IMG/VR virus record: IMGVR_UViG_3300002461_001214
Location: 1-53,654 of that record
Direction: 5' to 3' (one strand)
Source: a virus
Taxonomy: Duplodnaviria > Caudoviricetes
DNA length: 53,654 nt
The notes beneath the pieces were generated by a model, which worked only from the letters and a program-made list of their open reading frames with translations, did no database searches and had not been told where the DNA came from. The translations under genes were made by a program, and so were the position numbers. Shown here in pieces: positions 18,863-28,580 of the stretch. Every line of letters begins with the position of its first letter. The first letter of the stretch is position 1.

Positions 18863-20181
18863 CTCAGCATGACCGAGTTGATCTGGAGGCGTTTAGTGGT
18901 CGAGACGAGCCTTGCGGCCTGCGAAATCCGCCACTTCACTGCTGTCCCGCTTGGCCCGGTCATTGTGACCGTGCCGTAGCAAGGGTACTTCAGCGTTCCA
19001 AACCCGCTGCTGGCGCCAGGGTAGAGCGTGAGAGGCACAGCGATCCATGTCGTGCCACCATCGCGAGAGACCTCCGCGACAAGATCACTTGCTTGCAATG
19101 CGCCGCCAACCGAAAACTGAGCGTCAACGTCCACTCGGATCGTCGCCGGCGCGCTCATAGCCGTAAAGGCGTTCGACTGCACAACCGGCTTGATGAAGGC
19201 GACACAACCGAGACCATCCCACGTCAGCGTCGTCGCGCCGCCAGAAGTGATAGCGACGCGCCAACGGAATTTGCTGTAAAGCGTGTTCGTTTGCGGCGAA
19301 ATTGTTCGGCCGGGGTTGTCGTTGACCGAACCGTTTGTCGTCGCACTGAAGTTGATGCTGTCGAGCGTCGCCCAAGAACCGCCTGTAAAGCCCTCGAAAA
19401 ACAGCGTGAAGCTCCGCGCCGCCCCAAGTGTTGCTGTTCCAAACCAGTTATCGACAACCCTTGAAGTTGGCGGTGTAACCTCGAAAGTGAATGCGGTGTT
19501 CGCGGCGGTCGACACGGTTCCTGACGTGTAGGCCATAGCCTTGTATTCATCGCTGGCGACGGTCGGCGCCGGCGACATTGCGAACGTGTATCCCGCAGGT
19601 GATGCGTTCGAAGCTGGGGTAAACGGGAGCGTAGGATTGTTGCTAGAAAGCCCTTCAGTGACCGACGCGCTGATGGTCGCGTCGCTGGTGGCGGCTGCGT
19701 CAACAACTGCGGTCCCAGCGATCGAATGGAAGCCGTCAGCAAAGACATCGACGGTCCCACCTGTGTTCCACAGCGACATCAGCTCCACATAGCTCAAGCG
19801 CGCGGCCAGAGCCGACAGGACGCCGGAACTCGGCACGCCGGCGAATAAGCCGTCGACCTCGGTCTTGGTGTAGAAAATCGAGCCGTCGAACTCAGGAATG
19901 TCGTCGATCGCCTCGGCGAGGGCGAGATCGGCAGCGAGCCGGGCAGCGGCCTCGGCGGCAATGGCGTCAGTGCGATCGTTGGCTTCCTCAGCGTCGGCCA
20001 TCTGGCGGGCCGTCACCTCGTCTTCGATAGCCTCCTGAAGCGCTGATACGTCATCACCGCCTTCGACCTGCCGGGCATCGAGCGCGGTCAAGGCGTCGCG
20101 GATGCGGCCGGCGTCCAGTTTGGCCGGGTTATCAGGGTGCGGCAGAGGCACCCCGCTTGCGGTGTCGTCAAGGATCGCCAT
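18853..20181 (-). CDS. Putative tail fibre / receptor-binding protein
   Basis: N-terminal LPHPDN...RIRDALTALD anchor, coiled coil, Thr/Ser/Gly-rich beta region, VSRDGGTTW. Confidence 0.65.
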   Translation of the reverse strand: MAILDDTASGVPLPHPDNPAKLDAGRIRDALTALDARQVEGGDDVSALQEAIEDEVTARQMADAEEANDRTDAIAAEAAARLAADLALAEAIDDIPEFDGSIFYTKTEVDGLFAGVPSSGVLSALAARLSYVELMSLWNTGGTVDVFADGFHSIAGTAVVDAAATSDATISASVTEGLSSNNPTLPFTPASNASPAGYTFAMSPAPTVASDEYKAMAYTSGTVSTAANTAFTFEVTPPTSRVVDNWFGTATLGAARSFTLFFEGFTGGSWATLDSINFSATTNGSVNDNPGRTISPQTNTLYSKFRWRVAITSGGATTLTWDGLGCVAFIKPVVQSNAFTAMSAPATIRVDVDAQFSVGGALQASDLVAEVSRDGGTTWIAVPLTLYPGASSGFGTLKYPCYGTVTMTGPSGTAVKWRISQAARLVSTTKRLQINSVMLRWT

Positions 20182-23100
20182 CAGTAGCTCGCCGACCGGA
20201 CGTTATCGAGATAGACCCGCTTGGCGACGTCGCCGCCGAGGGTGATGCGGATCCGGGGCGCAGTCGACGTGAAGGCAGCCTTGTTGAACCGGAAATCGAA
20301 CCAGTTGTTGCCGAGTGGCACGGCTGCCGCCTGCGTCATCGCCGTCCAGCCGCCGCCGCTCTCCTGGACATCGACCGTGATGGTCGCATCGGGATCCTTC
20401 AGCGCGGTGAAGAACACCGAGAGCGACTGAGCAGCCATCGCCGTCTGAGCCTGCGAGATGTAGGTTCCCGCTGTCTGGATGATCCCGGTGACCAACTGCA
20501 CGCGAGGCCAGAGAAAACTAAGCACGCCGGCCTTGGAGCCGTAGCGGGCGCGCGAGGCGACATTGGCGCTGATCGCGATGTTGCCGGTATAGGGCGCCGC
20601 GAGCGGGATCGTGCTCTTGTTGGCTTCCAGCACATAGGTCTCGCCGCCGAAGACCAGCGTGAAGGTGACGTCGGGTGACCACTGGTCAAATGAGGCCGCG
20701 CCCCAGGTCTCGGCCGCAATCGCGATGTCGGTGATACCGGTCACCGCGACGGTGCCCAGCGATACGGTCGTGACCGCTTGCCCCATGGTCGCGGCGTCGA
20801 TGCGATGCACCAGCGTCCGGCCGCTCGATTGCGAGCTGCCATAGGCGGTGTCGTTGGCCGGTGCGGTCTTGAGCTTGTGCGGGCTCGCCGAGGACAGATG
20901 CACGCGGATTGCCTGGTCACGACCGAACATCGGCGGCGGCGTGATCGTGATCCAGTCGCCGTCGCTGACGCCCGTCATCGGGATCAGCCCTTCGGCGAGC
21001 GGCACACCATCGTTGCGGAAAGGGATGTCAGGATTTCCCTCGCCCTCGGAGATCGCCCAGTAGATCGGCTCAGTGCCGCCGACGTCGTGCACCTGGAACT
21101 GGATGCGGCCGATCCACTCGCCCAGCGCCGGCACCTTGAAGCGAATATGGGTGCTCTGGTTGTCGGGCCGCTGATGTGAATAGAAGCCCCAGATCACGCC
21201 AGCGCGGGTCCCATCGCTATAGGTCGCGATGATGCGCTTGCCGCCGAGCGGCTCGCCTGCCGGCACGTCGAAGGTGAAGGCGGAGACCCCGGCACCGTCG
21301 GCGACTCCGCCGGTCGGCGTCACGGTCTGGTCATTGAAGGTCAGCGTCGAAAGCGTCGCGGCCGGGGCGACGCCCGTGACCGTCGCATGCAGCGTCTGGA
21401 CCTTGAAGCGCGCGCTGGCGCCAAGCGCGCCCAGTTGGGTCCGCGCGCCGATCACAGGACCGTCGGGCGGTGTCACCGTGCGCGCCAGCAGCAAGGTGTC
21501 GGGAGCCAGCACGCCCTGGCCGGTCAGGCGCGGGTCATACTTCTCGGCGATCGTCATCACGCCGAGCTTCTGCGCGGAACTCAACGTGAAGCTGCCGTCG
21601 GACGTCTCCAGAGTGCGCACGCGGGTATAGGTCCGGGCGGGGATGACGGGCGCGGCGATGGTCAGGTTCTGGACCGAGACCGCGATCGGCAGGCGAAGCA
21701 CGCCGCCAGCGATGGCTGCCGTCTGCGAGATGCCGAGATCGCGTTGGCTGTCGTCGGTCATGGCATCGACGAACTGCCGGTCACGCGCCGAAGCCTGATC
21801 CGAGCCAAGCGCCACCTGCAGCGCCAGGCGCGAGACCACCGAACGCAGATCCTCGATGCTGGCGCTCTCCATCGCCTGCCTCGCGAAGGAGACGGCCGGC
21901 GCGGCGACGTTCGTCACGACCGGCGTGTTGATCCAGTCGTTGTCGACATGAGCGAGGGTCAGCGCCTGGCTCGATGCCGTCGGCGGCTCCGGCGCTAGAT
22001 AGTTGACCGGGCCGAGCGTGTAGACGACGTCGCCATTCGCCTCGATCGAGATCGCGTCGATCCGGCGCACCTTGTAGGAATAGTCGAGCGTGACCTGCGA
22101 GCCGTTGACGGCGCCCGCAACCGTGATGGTGGTGGCGGTGAAGCTGGTCGGCGCGATCACTGCGTAATAGCGATAGGTCACGCTATAGGTCGAGCCGGGC
22201 GACGGCTCGGAGCCGCCCGGCGCCCACGAGACCTTGTCTGCCAACAGCACATAGTCCGTCGTGGCGACATAGGTGGTGGCGCCTTGCGTCACCGAAATCA
22301 GGCTGTCGATCGAGGCGTCGGGCAGCGTGTCCAGGCTGTTGGCGATGCCCTTGGTCAGGGCGACGGTGCGCTCCTTCAGAACCTCGACGCGCTGAACCGA
22401 AGACACCGGCGTGTTGCGCACGGGGATCACCATGCTGCCGGCGCTGTCGACATAGGCATGGTGTTCGCCCTGGACGATGCGAATCGGCGGCGCTTCGACC
22501 TGGACGTGGCGGGTGTCGTAAGCCCGGTCGATCTTGCGGCCCCAGGCGTTGACTGTGCCGGCCGAGATCGAGAAGACCTGGTCGCTGCCAGTCTTGCCCA
22601 GCGCCGTAACCTGCATGCCGGCGACGGTGTAGGAGCCGTGCGCCTCGCGATCGTAGCGCTCCAGATCGTCGGCCCAGGCGCCGCGCCCCGGCAGCGGGCG
22701 GATGACGACGCCGTCCTTGATCCGGTAGACGGCGACGTAAGCGAAGGTCACGTCGGAGGTGTCGATATTGACCTCGGTCGAGAGACCCCAGCGGGCAAGC
22801 TGTTGCTCGCGCGGCGACATCGCCGAGCCCGAGGCCGGAAACGACGTGCCAGGCGGGTTGAAGATCAGGTCGGCGTCGTCGGTCTCGTCGACGATGCGCG
22901 TCTCGATCCAGATGCCGACCGTCAATTCGCCTGTGGTCGGCACCGTGAGGCTCGCGCCGGCGGGCTCGCGCACCAGACCGAACGCGGCGATCTTGCCGGC
23001 TTCGACCGCGGTCTCGCCCGTATTGACGTCGACCGTGATGTCGGCGCCGCTCAACACGGTGCCATCGACGAGCACGACCTGGCCGAGGTTAGTGATCTGC

Positions 23101-23234
23101 CGCAGCATCATGCTGTCGGCTTCGTTTTCGTCCTGGCCGGTCAGATAGCTGTCGGCGGCGTCGCGCCGCAGGATCCGGGCGTAGTGCTTGGCCGGGTCGA
23201 ATTCGTCGTGAATCTCGGCGGGATTATAGGACAT
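20181..23234 (-). CDS. Large baseplate/tail protein (DUF4815-like), 1017 aa
   Basis: RYDREAHGSYTVAG, EPSPGSTYSVTYRY, FVDAMTDDSQRDLG motifs; within the baseplate operon. Confidence 0.72.
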   Translation of the reverse strand: MSYNPAEIHDEFDPAKHYARILRRDAADSYLTGQDENEADSMMLRQITNLGQVVLVDGTVLSGADITVDVNTGETAVEAGKIAAFGLVREPAGASLTVPTTGELTVGIWIETRIVDETDDADLIFNPPGTSFPASGSAMSPREQQLARWGLSTEVNIDTSDVTFAYVAVYRIKDGVVIRPLPGRGAWADDLERYDREAHGSYTVAGMQVTALGKTGSDQVFSISAGTVNAWGRKIDRAYDTRHVQVEAPPIRIVQGEHHAYVDSAGSMVIPVRNTPVSSVQRVEVLKERTVALTKGIANSLDTLPDASIDSLISVTQGATTYVATTDYVLLADKVSWAPGGSEPSPGSTYSVTYRYYAVIAPTSFTATTITVAGAVNGSQVTLDYSYKVRRIDAISIEANGDVVYTLGPVNYLAPEPPTASSQALTLAHVDNDWINTPVVTNVAAPAVSFARQAMESASIEDLRSVVSRLALQVALGSDQASARDRQFVDAMTDDSQRDLGISQTAAIAGGVLRLPIAVSVQNLTIAAPVIPARTYTRVRTLETSDGSFTLSSAQKLGVMTIAEKYDPRLTGQGVLAPDTLLLARTVTPPDGPVIGARTQLGALGASARFKVQTLHATVTGVAPAATLSTLTFNDQTVTPTGGVADGAGVSAFTFDVPAGEPLGGKRIIATYSDGTRAGVIWGFYSHQRPDNQSTHIRFKVPALGEWIGRIQFQVHDVGGTEPIYWAISEGEGNPDIPFRNDGVPLAEGLIPMTGVSDGDWITITPPPMFGRDQAIRVHLSSASPHKLKTAPANDTAYGSSQSSGRTLVHRIDAATMGQAVTTVSLGTVAVTGITDIAIAAETWGAASFDQWSPDVTFTLVFGGETYVLEANKSTIPLAAPYTGNIAISANVASRARYGSKAGVLSFLWPRVQLVTGIIQTAGTYISQAQTAMAAQSLSVFFTALKDPDATITVDVQESGGGWTAMTQAAAVPLGNNWFDFRFNKAAFTSTAPRIRITLGGDVAKRVYLDNVRSASY

Positions 23235-23237
23235 CGA

Positions 23238-23765
23238 TCAGAGCTCCACGAGGAAAGCGGCCATGGTCCCGCTGTTCGATCCATCGTGAGGGATCGGCGA
23301 GAACCGGCGGATCAGCAGCATCGAGCCGACAGCGGTCAGCTCGGAGGGCAGGAAGCGCGCCTGCGCCGGCGGCAAGCCGCCGACGAAGCTTGGCGAGAGC
23401 GAAAGCCCGACCTCGCGCAGCACCTGATCGTCCTCGGCGGCGAAGGTTGACGGCAGCAGCGCCCGCACCAGCAGCAGCGCGGTCGGCGCCACGACGGGTT
23501 CATACTCGATCCCGTCGACGATGACGGGCAGCGGGCCGGGGCTGACCACTTCCGAGCGCAGCTTGGCGAAATCGACGGCGAAGGGCGTGACATAGGCCAG
23601 CGGCGCGACCAGCGCCGTGGTCTCTCGCGCGACGGCTGGAATGCCATCCTCGTCCCAGGCCGGCAGGCCGGCGCCGAAGCCGACCAGGCTTGCGCGCGGC
23701 GAGGCCGTCAGGCGGTCGCGGATGGTGCTGATCAGGCCGATGCGGCCGGCGTCGAGGAAGCTCAT
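23238..23765 (-). CDS. Baseplate-associated structural protein
   Basis: GFGAGLPAWD...LREVGL; coupled between the tail-I-like and DUF4815-like genes. Confidence 0.65.
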   Translation of the reverse strand: MSFLDAGRIGLISTIRDRLTASPRASLVGFGAGLPAWDEDGIPAVARETTALVAPLAYVTPFAVDFAKLRSEVVSPGPLPVIVDGIEYEPVVAPTALLLVRALLPSTFAAEDDQVLREVGLSLSPSFVGGLPPAQARFLPSELTAVGSMLLIRRFSPIPHDGSNSGTMAAFLVEL

Positions 23766-24679
23766 GGTGTCTCCTGCATGGCGTCGACCGCCCGGCGGCT
23801 ATGGGCAAAGCGGATATGATCGGACCCCTCGGGATCGACGACCGGCGGGTCGAAGAGGTCGGCGTCGCCGGCCGCGAGCGGCCTTGCGCCATGAGCCTCT
23901 TCCGACCAGGGAAGCCGCGACCATGGCGCGTCCTGCGCATTGCCTCCGATCGACATCAGCGTGGTCAGGCCAGCCGAGCGCCAGGGGCCGGGGGTGTCGA
24001 AGCCGTGGCGGCTGTAGCCGAAGCGCCAGTGCCGCGCGGGCGTGCCATGCGCCGAGATGAAGACCAGGGCGTCGCCATGGACACCGGCCTCGACCGGACC
24101 GGCAAACCGGCCGCCGACCGTGGCGCGCAGCGAGAGCTTGGGCCAGCCTTCGCGCCACTCGACCCCCGAATAGGAGCCGCGCAGCGCCGAGCCATGGGCG
24201 TCATGGGCCGCACGCGCGGCGGGCACGTCATGGCCAAAGATGACCCGGTGAAAGACCGAGGTCGTCGTCTTGCTCAACCGGCTCAAGCCGATAACGGCCG
24301 GCAGATCGGCATGGACTGGATAGCGGTCGAGGATCAGGTCATAGTGGTCGCTGAAGCGGGTATCGACCGGCCCGTCGCGATAGGTCGCGTCGAAATCGAT
24401 CCAGCCCAGTGCGGCCTCATGGGCGGCGGCCGTGCCGCGATAGTACACCCAGGCCCGCTGCTGGTAGACGTTGAGCCAGCCGTCCTCCGGCACGAACGGG
24501 ATGACCGCGCCCATGCCGACATTCTCGATCAGCCAGGGCAGCCAGTCGCTCGGGAACACCGTCCGGCCGATCTCGCGGATGATGCCGACCTCGCCGCGCA
24601 GGCGGCCATAGCTGTCGGAGACGTCAGCGACGGCACGGGTGTAGAAGGCGGCGCTGTCAGCGAGGAAGATGCTGCTCAT
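23762..24679 (-). CDS. P2 GpI-like tail/baseplate wedge protein
   Basis: WLPWLI...RGTAAAHEAALGWI; follows baseplate J. Confidence 0.75.
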   Translation of the reverse strand: MSSIFLADSAAFYTRAVADVSDSYGRLRGEVGIIREIGRTVFPSDWLPWLIENVGMGAVIPFVPEDGWLNVYQQRAWVYYRGTAAAHEAALGWIDFDATYRDGPVDTRFSDHYDLILDRYPVHADLPAVIGLSRLSKTTTSVFHRVIFGHDVPAARAAHDAHGSALRGSYSGVEWREGWPKLSLRATVGGRFAGPVEAGVHGDALVFISAHGTPARHWRFGYSRHGFDTPGPWRSAGLTTLMSIGGNAQDAPWSRLPWSEEAHGARPLAAGDADLFDPPVVDPEGSDHIRFAHSRRAVDAMQETP

Positions 24680-25284
24680 GCCGCCACCACCGTGACGGTG
24701 ACGCCTTGCGGCCGGACCCAGCCGCGCGCGAGCCGGGCGCGCACCGCTTCGAGCACCTCGGCTCCGTCCGCGTCCTCGGCGATCGCCACCGCGACCGTCA
24801 ACCGGCCCTGGCCGAGATAGGTCAAGGTTGCGGCCGCGACGCCGGCATGGGCGGCGCGGATATTCGACAGCCACCATGCATCCGGCCCGGCGGCCGAGGA
24901 GCCGGCGCGGGCTTCGACGATGCGGGCTGCGTAGGGTTCGTCGAGCTCGCCGGGATGGCGAATGACGCCATCTGGAAAGCCCGGCGTACGGGTCGCGAGA
25001 CCGTGCAGATCGAGATCGGCGCCCCTGGCGAAGCCGGTCAGGATCGTGGCGCGGCCGACGGAATTGAGCAGCGCCCGGAAATGCATGTCGCCGGTTGCAG
25101 CAGCGCGCAGGGCCGCGATCGCGGAATCGGACTGCAGCGTCTCGACGGTGTAGGCGGGCAGGTCGGGAAAGCGCGCGCGGAAGAGTTCCCATTGCTCCAG
25201 GAACGCGGCGATACGCTGCTGGCGCAGATCCTCGAACGTGATTGCGGCGAGGATGAGCGGATCTGGCGCGACGAACCCGCTCAT
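24676..25284 (-). CDS. Baseplate J-like protein (short, 202 aa)
   Basis: FARGADLDLH...GELDEPYAARI...SSAAGP...VRPQG. Confidence 0.8.
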   Translation of the reverse strand: MSGFVAPDPLILAAITFEDLRQQRIAAFLEQWELFRARFPDLPAYTVETLQSDSAIAALRAAATGDMHFRALLNSVGRATILTGFARGADLDLHGLATRTPGFPDGVIRHPGELDEPYAARIVEARAGSSAAGPDAWWLSNIRAAHAGVAAATLTYLGQGRLTVAVAIAEDADGAEVLEAVRARLARGWVRPQGVTVTVVAA

Positions 25285-25679
25285 GTCGCGATCCCCAGCA
25301 CCCTGAAGCCGATATCGCTGGCATCGAAGAGCCCGTCGCGCTCTTCGGAGATCGAATAATCCCCGAGATGGCCATTGGGATAGAAAATGCCCGACAGCAG
25401 GAGGGCGAAGACGCCGTCAGGTCCTGCGCGAACGATCTGCACCGTGCGCAGGCGGAAACCTGGCTCCCAGGAGCGGATCGCGGCGGCGACGCCGACATAG
25501 ATCCGCATGATGTTGAGGGGCGTGCCGTTGCGGTCCTGCAGATCGAGCGCCGGCGAACCGTACTGGCGCAGCATACCGGTCTGGCCGATGAGCGTGGACA
25601 GGATGTTGCCGAGGCACTGAGCGCAGTGCGCCCACCCCGTCAGCACCTGGCCCGTGCGCCCATCGACCCCAACGCGCAT
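25281..25679 (-). CDS. P2 GpW / gp25-like baseplate wedge protein
   Basis: GVDGRTGQVLTGWAH...ILSTLIG...RQYGS...WEP. Confidence 0.88.
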   Translation of the reverse strand: MRVGVDGRTGQVLTGWAHCAQCLGNILSTLIGQTGMLRQYGSPALDLQDRNGTPLNIMRIYVGVAAAIRSWEPGFRLRTVQIVRAGPDGVFALLLSGIFYPNGHLGDYSISEERDGLFDASDIGFRVLGIAT

Positions 25680-25681
25680 GA

Positions 25682-25942
25682 TCAGGCCTTCGACGCCGCC
25701 GGCGTTTCAACCGCTTTTGAAGCGGACTTCGCCGGGGGCGAAAGAGGCGCACTCCCGGAGGTCTCGTCGGCGAGCGTAATCACGCCGTTGAGCAGCTCGT
25801 ACTTCGCCTCAGCATCGGTCAGCATCAGCCGATGCCCGATCTTGGGCGTTCGGTTGCCATCCTTGTCGACGCGCGACGGGATGCGCTGCCCGGCGACGAA
25901 GTAGCCGGCGCGGTCGGTGGTCAAATAGGCCTTCTTGTCCAT
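25682..25942 (-). CDS. Hypothetical protein in the baseplate operon
   Basis: 86-aa ORF with RBS; LMLTDAEAKYELLNG. Confidence 0.65.
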   Translation of the reverse strand: MDKKAYLTTDRAGYFVAGQRIPSRVDKDGNRTPKIGHRLMLTDAEAKYELLNGVITLADETSGSAPLSPPAKSASKAVETPAASKA

Positions 25943-25944
25943 GA

Positions 25945-26595
25945 TCAGGCTCCAGTAAGCGCGCCTTGAAGGGTCGGCGCGGCGACGCGGGTTTGTGAGG
26001 TGATGTCCTTGGTGGTGTGCAGCTCGCCATCGATGACGCCGGCGACGTTCGATCCCTGGGAGGCCTTGGCCGTGAAGCCCTTGGGCATGGAAACCGGGCC
26101 ATCGAGTGTGATGTCCTTGCCTTCCACGGTGACCGAGTTTTTTGAGGACATGGCGATACCGCCGCCCTTCTTGAGCAGGACGGTGTCCTCGCCCTGCTTG
26201 ATGAGCGTGCCGGCCGAGGTGACGGAGATCTTGGCGTCGCCATATTCCATGACCTCGCCATCCTGCTCGGCAGCGCCGGGCGATGGATGGTCCCCGACAT
26301 GACCGGCCGGCATGACGCGGGAGTGCTCGCCCATCTCGCCGCCGGGCGAGAACACGATGACCGGCTCACCGTCGCCGATTTTGGTGAAACGCGAGACGCC
26401 GCCGCCCTTTTTGCCGGCGCTGTTGAGCTGCGCGAGCATAGGGGACGAGAACGGCTGGCCGTCAGCGCCTTCGTCGTCGAAGCGCACCTTGGTCTTGGCG
26501 CCCTCGGATTTCTCGGCCGTGCCGACCATCATCATGGTGGCGACGCGGCGCTCCAGGGCGGCCAGGCGCTTGCGCAGATCCCGCTCGCCGCTCAT
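25945..26595 (-). CDS. Baseplate spike protein GpV-like
   Basis: GEPVIVFSPGGE motif, beta-rich C-terminus, position before GpW. Confidence 0.8.
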   Translation of the reverse strand: MSGERDLRKRLAALERRVATMMMVGTAEKSEGAKTKVRFDDEGADGQPFSSPMLAQLNSAGKKGGGVSRFTKIGDGEPVIVFSPGGEMGEHSRVMPAGHVGDHPSPGAAEQDGEVMEYGDAKISVTSAGTLIKQGEDTVLLKKGGGIAMSSKNSVTVEGKDITLDGPVSMPKGFTAKASQGSNVAGVIDGELHTTKDITSQTRVAAPTLQGALTGA

Positions 26596-27191
26596 GGCGC
26601 GGTCTCAGGACGGACGTGACCGACCGGCGGCAGCTCGGCTGGCCCATCGCCGAACGCGACGCTGTCGGGCAGCCATGGCTCGCGTCCGGTCTCCAGCGCG
26701 CGCTGGATCTGCGGGCGGGCGATCTTCACGTCGAGCAGCCGCCATTTCACCTCCATCAGCGCGATGGCCAGGCCCTTGTCGTTGGACTGCTCGGAGGCGA
26801 CGACGAGCTGCTCGCCGAGATCGGCGGCCGTCAGCTTGGTCAAGCCGACATAAGGGTCGAGCATCAGCTCGCCCGTGCAGCGGTCGAGCAGGCCGAGCAC
26901 GGCGAAATCGGCTGAAGAGAAGTCGGGATTGGCTCGGCCTTGCCGGCCGGCCACCACGACGATCGCGGCCGAGACGTCCATGTCGATGCCGGCGTCCGAA
27001 CGGCCGGCCGGCTTGGCGCGGAGCAGGCAGACGCGCGCGGTCGGGAAGCGCGTCGAATCCTTCAGAAGGTCGGCGAAGTCGTAGCGGTCGAGTTCGGCGC
27101 GCACCTCCGTGAAAACAGGTGCATCGGTGTCGGTGCGCGCGGCGCGCAGCGCGGCGGAGACGGCCTGGAGGAGAATCGCGACGCGGCTCAT
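26592..27191 (-). CDS. Putative tail terminator (Mu gp37-like position)
   Basis: 199-aa ORF coupled downstream of gpG. Confidence 0.55.
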   Translation of the reverse strand: MSRVAILLQAVSAALRAARTDTDAPVFTEVRAELDRYDFADLLKDSTRFPTARVCLLRAKPAGRSDAGIDMDVSAAIVVVAGRQGRANPDFSSADFAVLGLLDRCTGELMLDPYVGLTKLTAADLGEQLVVASEQSNDKGLAIALMEVKWRLLDVKIARPQIQRALETGREPWLPDSVAFGDGPAELPPVGHVRPETAP

Positions 27192-27670
27192 CCGATCAGG
27201 CTCCGCAAATAGAGAACCGCCGCCCGGACCAGCTCGCCGCGGTCTTCACCCGAGAGGCCGACGAACGGCCGAGCCGGCATCGTGACCTTGCGGGCGAAGA
27301 CCTGGCGATTGCCGATCCGGAACGCGAGCCGATCGCCCTTCTTCGGCAGGATCGTCCCGCCGTATTGGTGGATCGCCGCATAGATCAGGCCAGAGCCGAC
27401 GACGGCCTGGTTGCCGGAGACGGCATAGTCGATCGAGCGGGCGAGCGCGCCGGAGCGATACAGCATCGGCTTGCGGCCTTCGATATTCGCCTTCCAGGCC
27501 GCGCCGTCAGGGGATGGGCCGCCGGCCTCGATGCGGTTCTTGATCTGCTCTCGCATCAGGCGCGCCAGCGATTCGATCAGCGTCTCGCCCTGGGGACGGC
27601 TCAGACGGTCGAGGATCGCGTCGATCGTCTCGAAGCCGGAGACGTTCATGCGGACGACGAGGGCGCTCAC
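27188..27670 (-). CDS. Virion morphogenesis protein (Mu gpG / P2 S-like)
   Basis: SPDGAAW, SGALARSI, YAAIHQYGG, MPARPFVGLS. Confidence 0.9.
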   Translation of the reverse strand: MSALVVRMNVSGFETIDAILDRLSRPQGETLIESLARLMREQIKNRIEAGGPSPDGAAWKANIEGRKPMLYRSGALARSIDYAVSGNQAVVGSGLIYAAIHQYGGTILPKKGDRLAFRIGNRQVFARKVTMPARPFVGLSGEDRGELVRAAVLYLRSLIG

Positions 27671-28095
27671 AGGATTTCTCCCGACCAGCGCCGCGGCTCG
27701 GCCGAGAAGGCGGCGCCGCTGCCCGAGCTGGCGTCGAGATCGGTCCCGGCGCCGCCGCCGACCGTCTCCAGCTCGGCGATCTCGGCCTTGCCCGAGGCGA
27801 CATCCTTCAGGAAGTCGAGCCGCAGCTTGGCGCGCTTCTCGATCTCCTCCGACATCCGGTCGGCCGCCGGCGCGAGCTGCCAGCAGGCGAGATCGATGGC
27901 GCACTGCTTGAGGATCGCCGGCACGACGGCGATCGGCAGCACGTAGCGCTTGCGCAGATAGGGGTCGATCTGCGCCTGGGCCGCCTCGATCGCCAGCCCG
28001 ACGGCGACATCGGCGTCGACGTCGAGCGGCAGCAAGGTTTCGAGGAACCGCGCTCCTCTCAACGTCTCGATGTCCTGGCGAGTGGCGTAGGGCAT
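27667..28095 (-). CDS. Mu gp36-like head-tail connector (DUF1320)
   Basis: MPYATRQDI...IDPYLRKRYVLPI...LKDVASGK. Confidence 0.88.
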   Translation of the reverse strand: MPYATRQDIETLRGARFLETLLPLDVDADVAVGLAIEAAQAQIDPYLRKRYVLPIAVVPAILKQCAIDLACWQLAPAADRMSEEIEKRAKLRLDFLKDVASGKAEIAELETVGGGAGTDLDASSGSGAAFSAEPRRWSGEIL

Positions 28096-28263
28096 GATTG
28101 TCCTGTGAAAGGGTGCGGCCACCGTGGCGACGGCGGCCGCTTTCGTGGCGGGCGGCGAACCTAAGGTTCCTGCACCGGAGCGGATCGCCATCCGCTGTCC
28201 GGGCTCCCATCGGGTGCTGGAGTCCTCGCGAGCCGTGCCAGACCGCCCTCTCGGGGTATGTCG

Positions 28264-28500
28264 TCAGACTGTCTCGGCCGGCGCCGCGACGGCCTCGGCC
28301 GGCCGGATCGTGAGCATCGGGTCGGCGGCGATCGCGCCGAGCTGCTCCTCGCTGATGTCGTCGAGGGCGACCGGGACGGCGATCTTGCCGAAGTCGAGCC
28401 CGGCGCGGCGGCGCGGGCCGCCGGGCGCTGTGACCAGGATGGTGACGCCCTCCGGCTTGGAAAGCTCCGCCGGCTTGGGCAATGCGCTGGACTTGGCCAT
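28264..28500 (-). CDS. Small protein after the major capsid gene (Mu gp35 / HI1506-like)
   Basis: GPRRRAGLDF...EEQLGAIAADPML. Confidence 0.75.
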   Translation of the reverse strand: MAKSSALPKPAELSKPEGVTILVTAPGGPRRRAGLDFGKIAVPVALDDISEEQLGAIAADPMLTIRPAEAVAAPAETV

Positions 28501-28580
28501 GGTGGTCTCCTGTTCTGGGCTTGCCAGAGCCCTCCCGGCGGGAGGGCTCGACGCAAACTCAGGCGGGCCTGACGGCGGCG

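Noticed and set aside
18400-23240. Invertible tail-fibre segment or diversity-generating retroelement
   Set aside because: No invertase, reverse transcriptase, flanking inverted repeats or template/variable repeat pair seen
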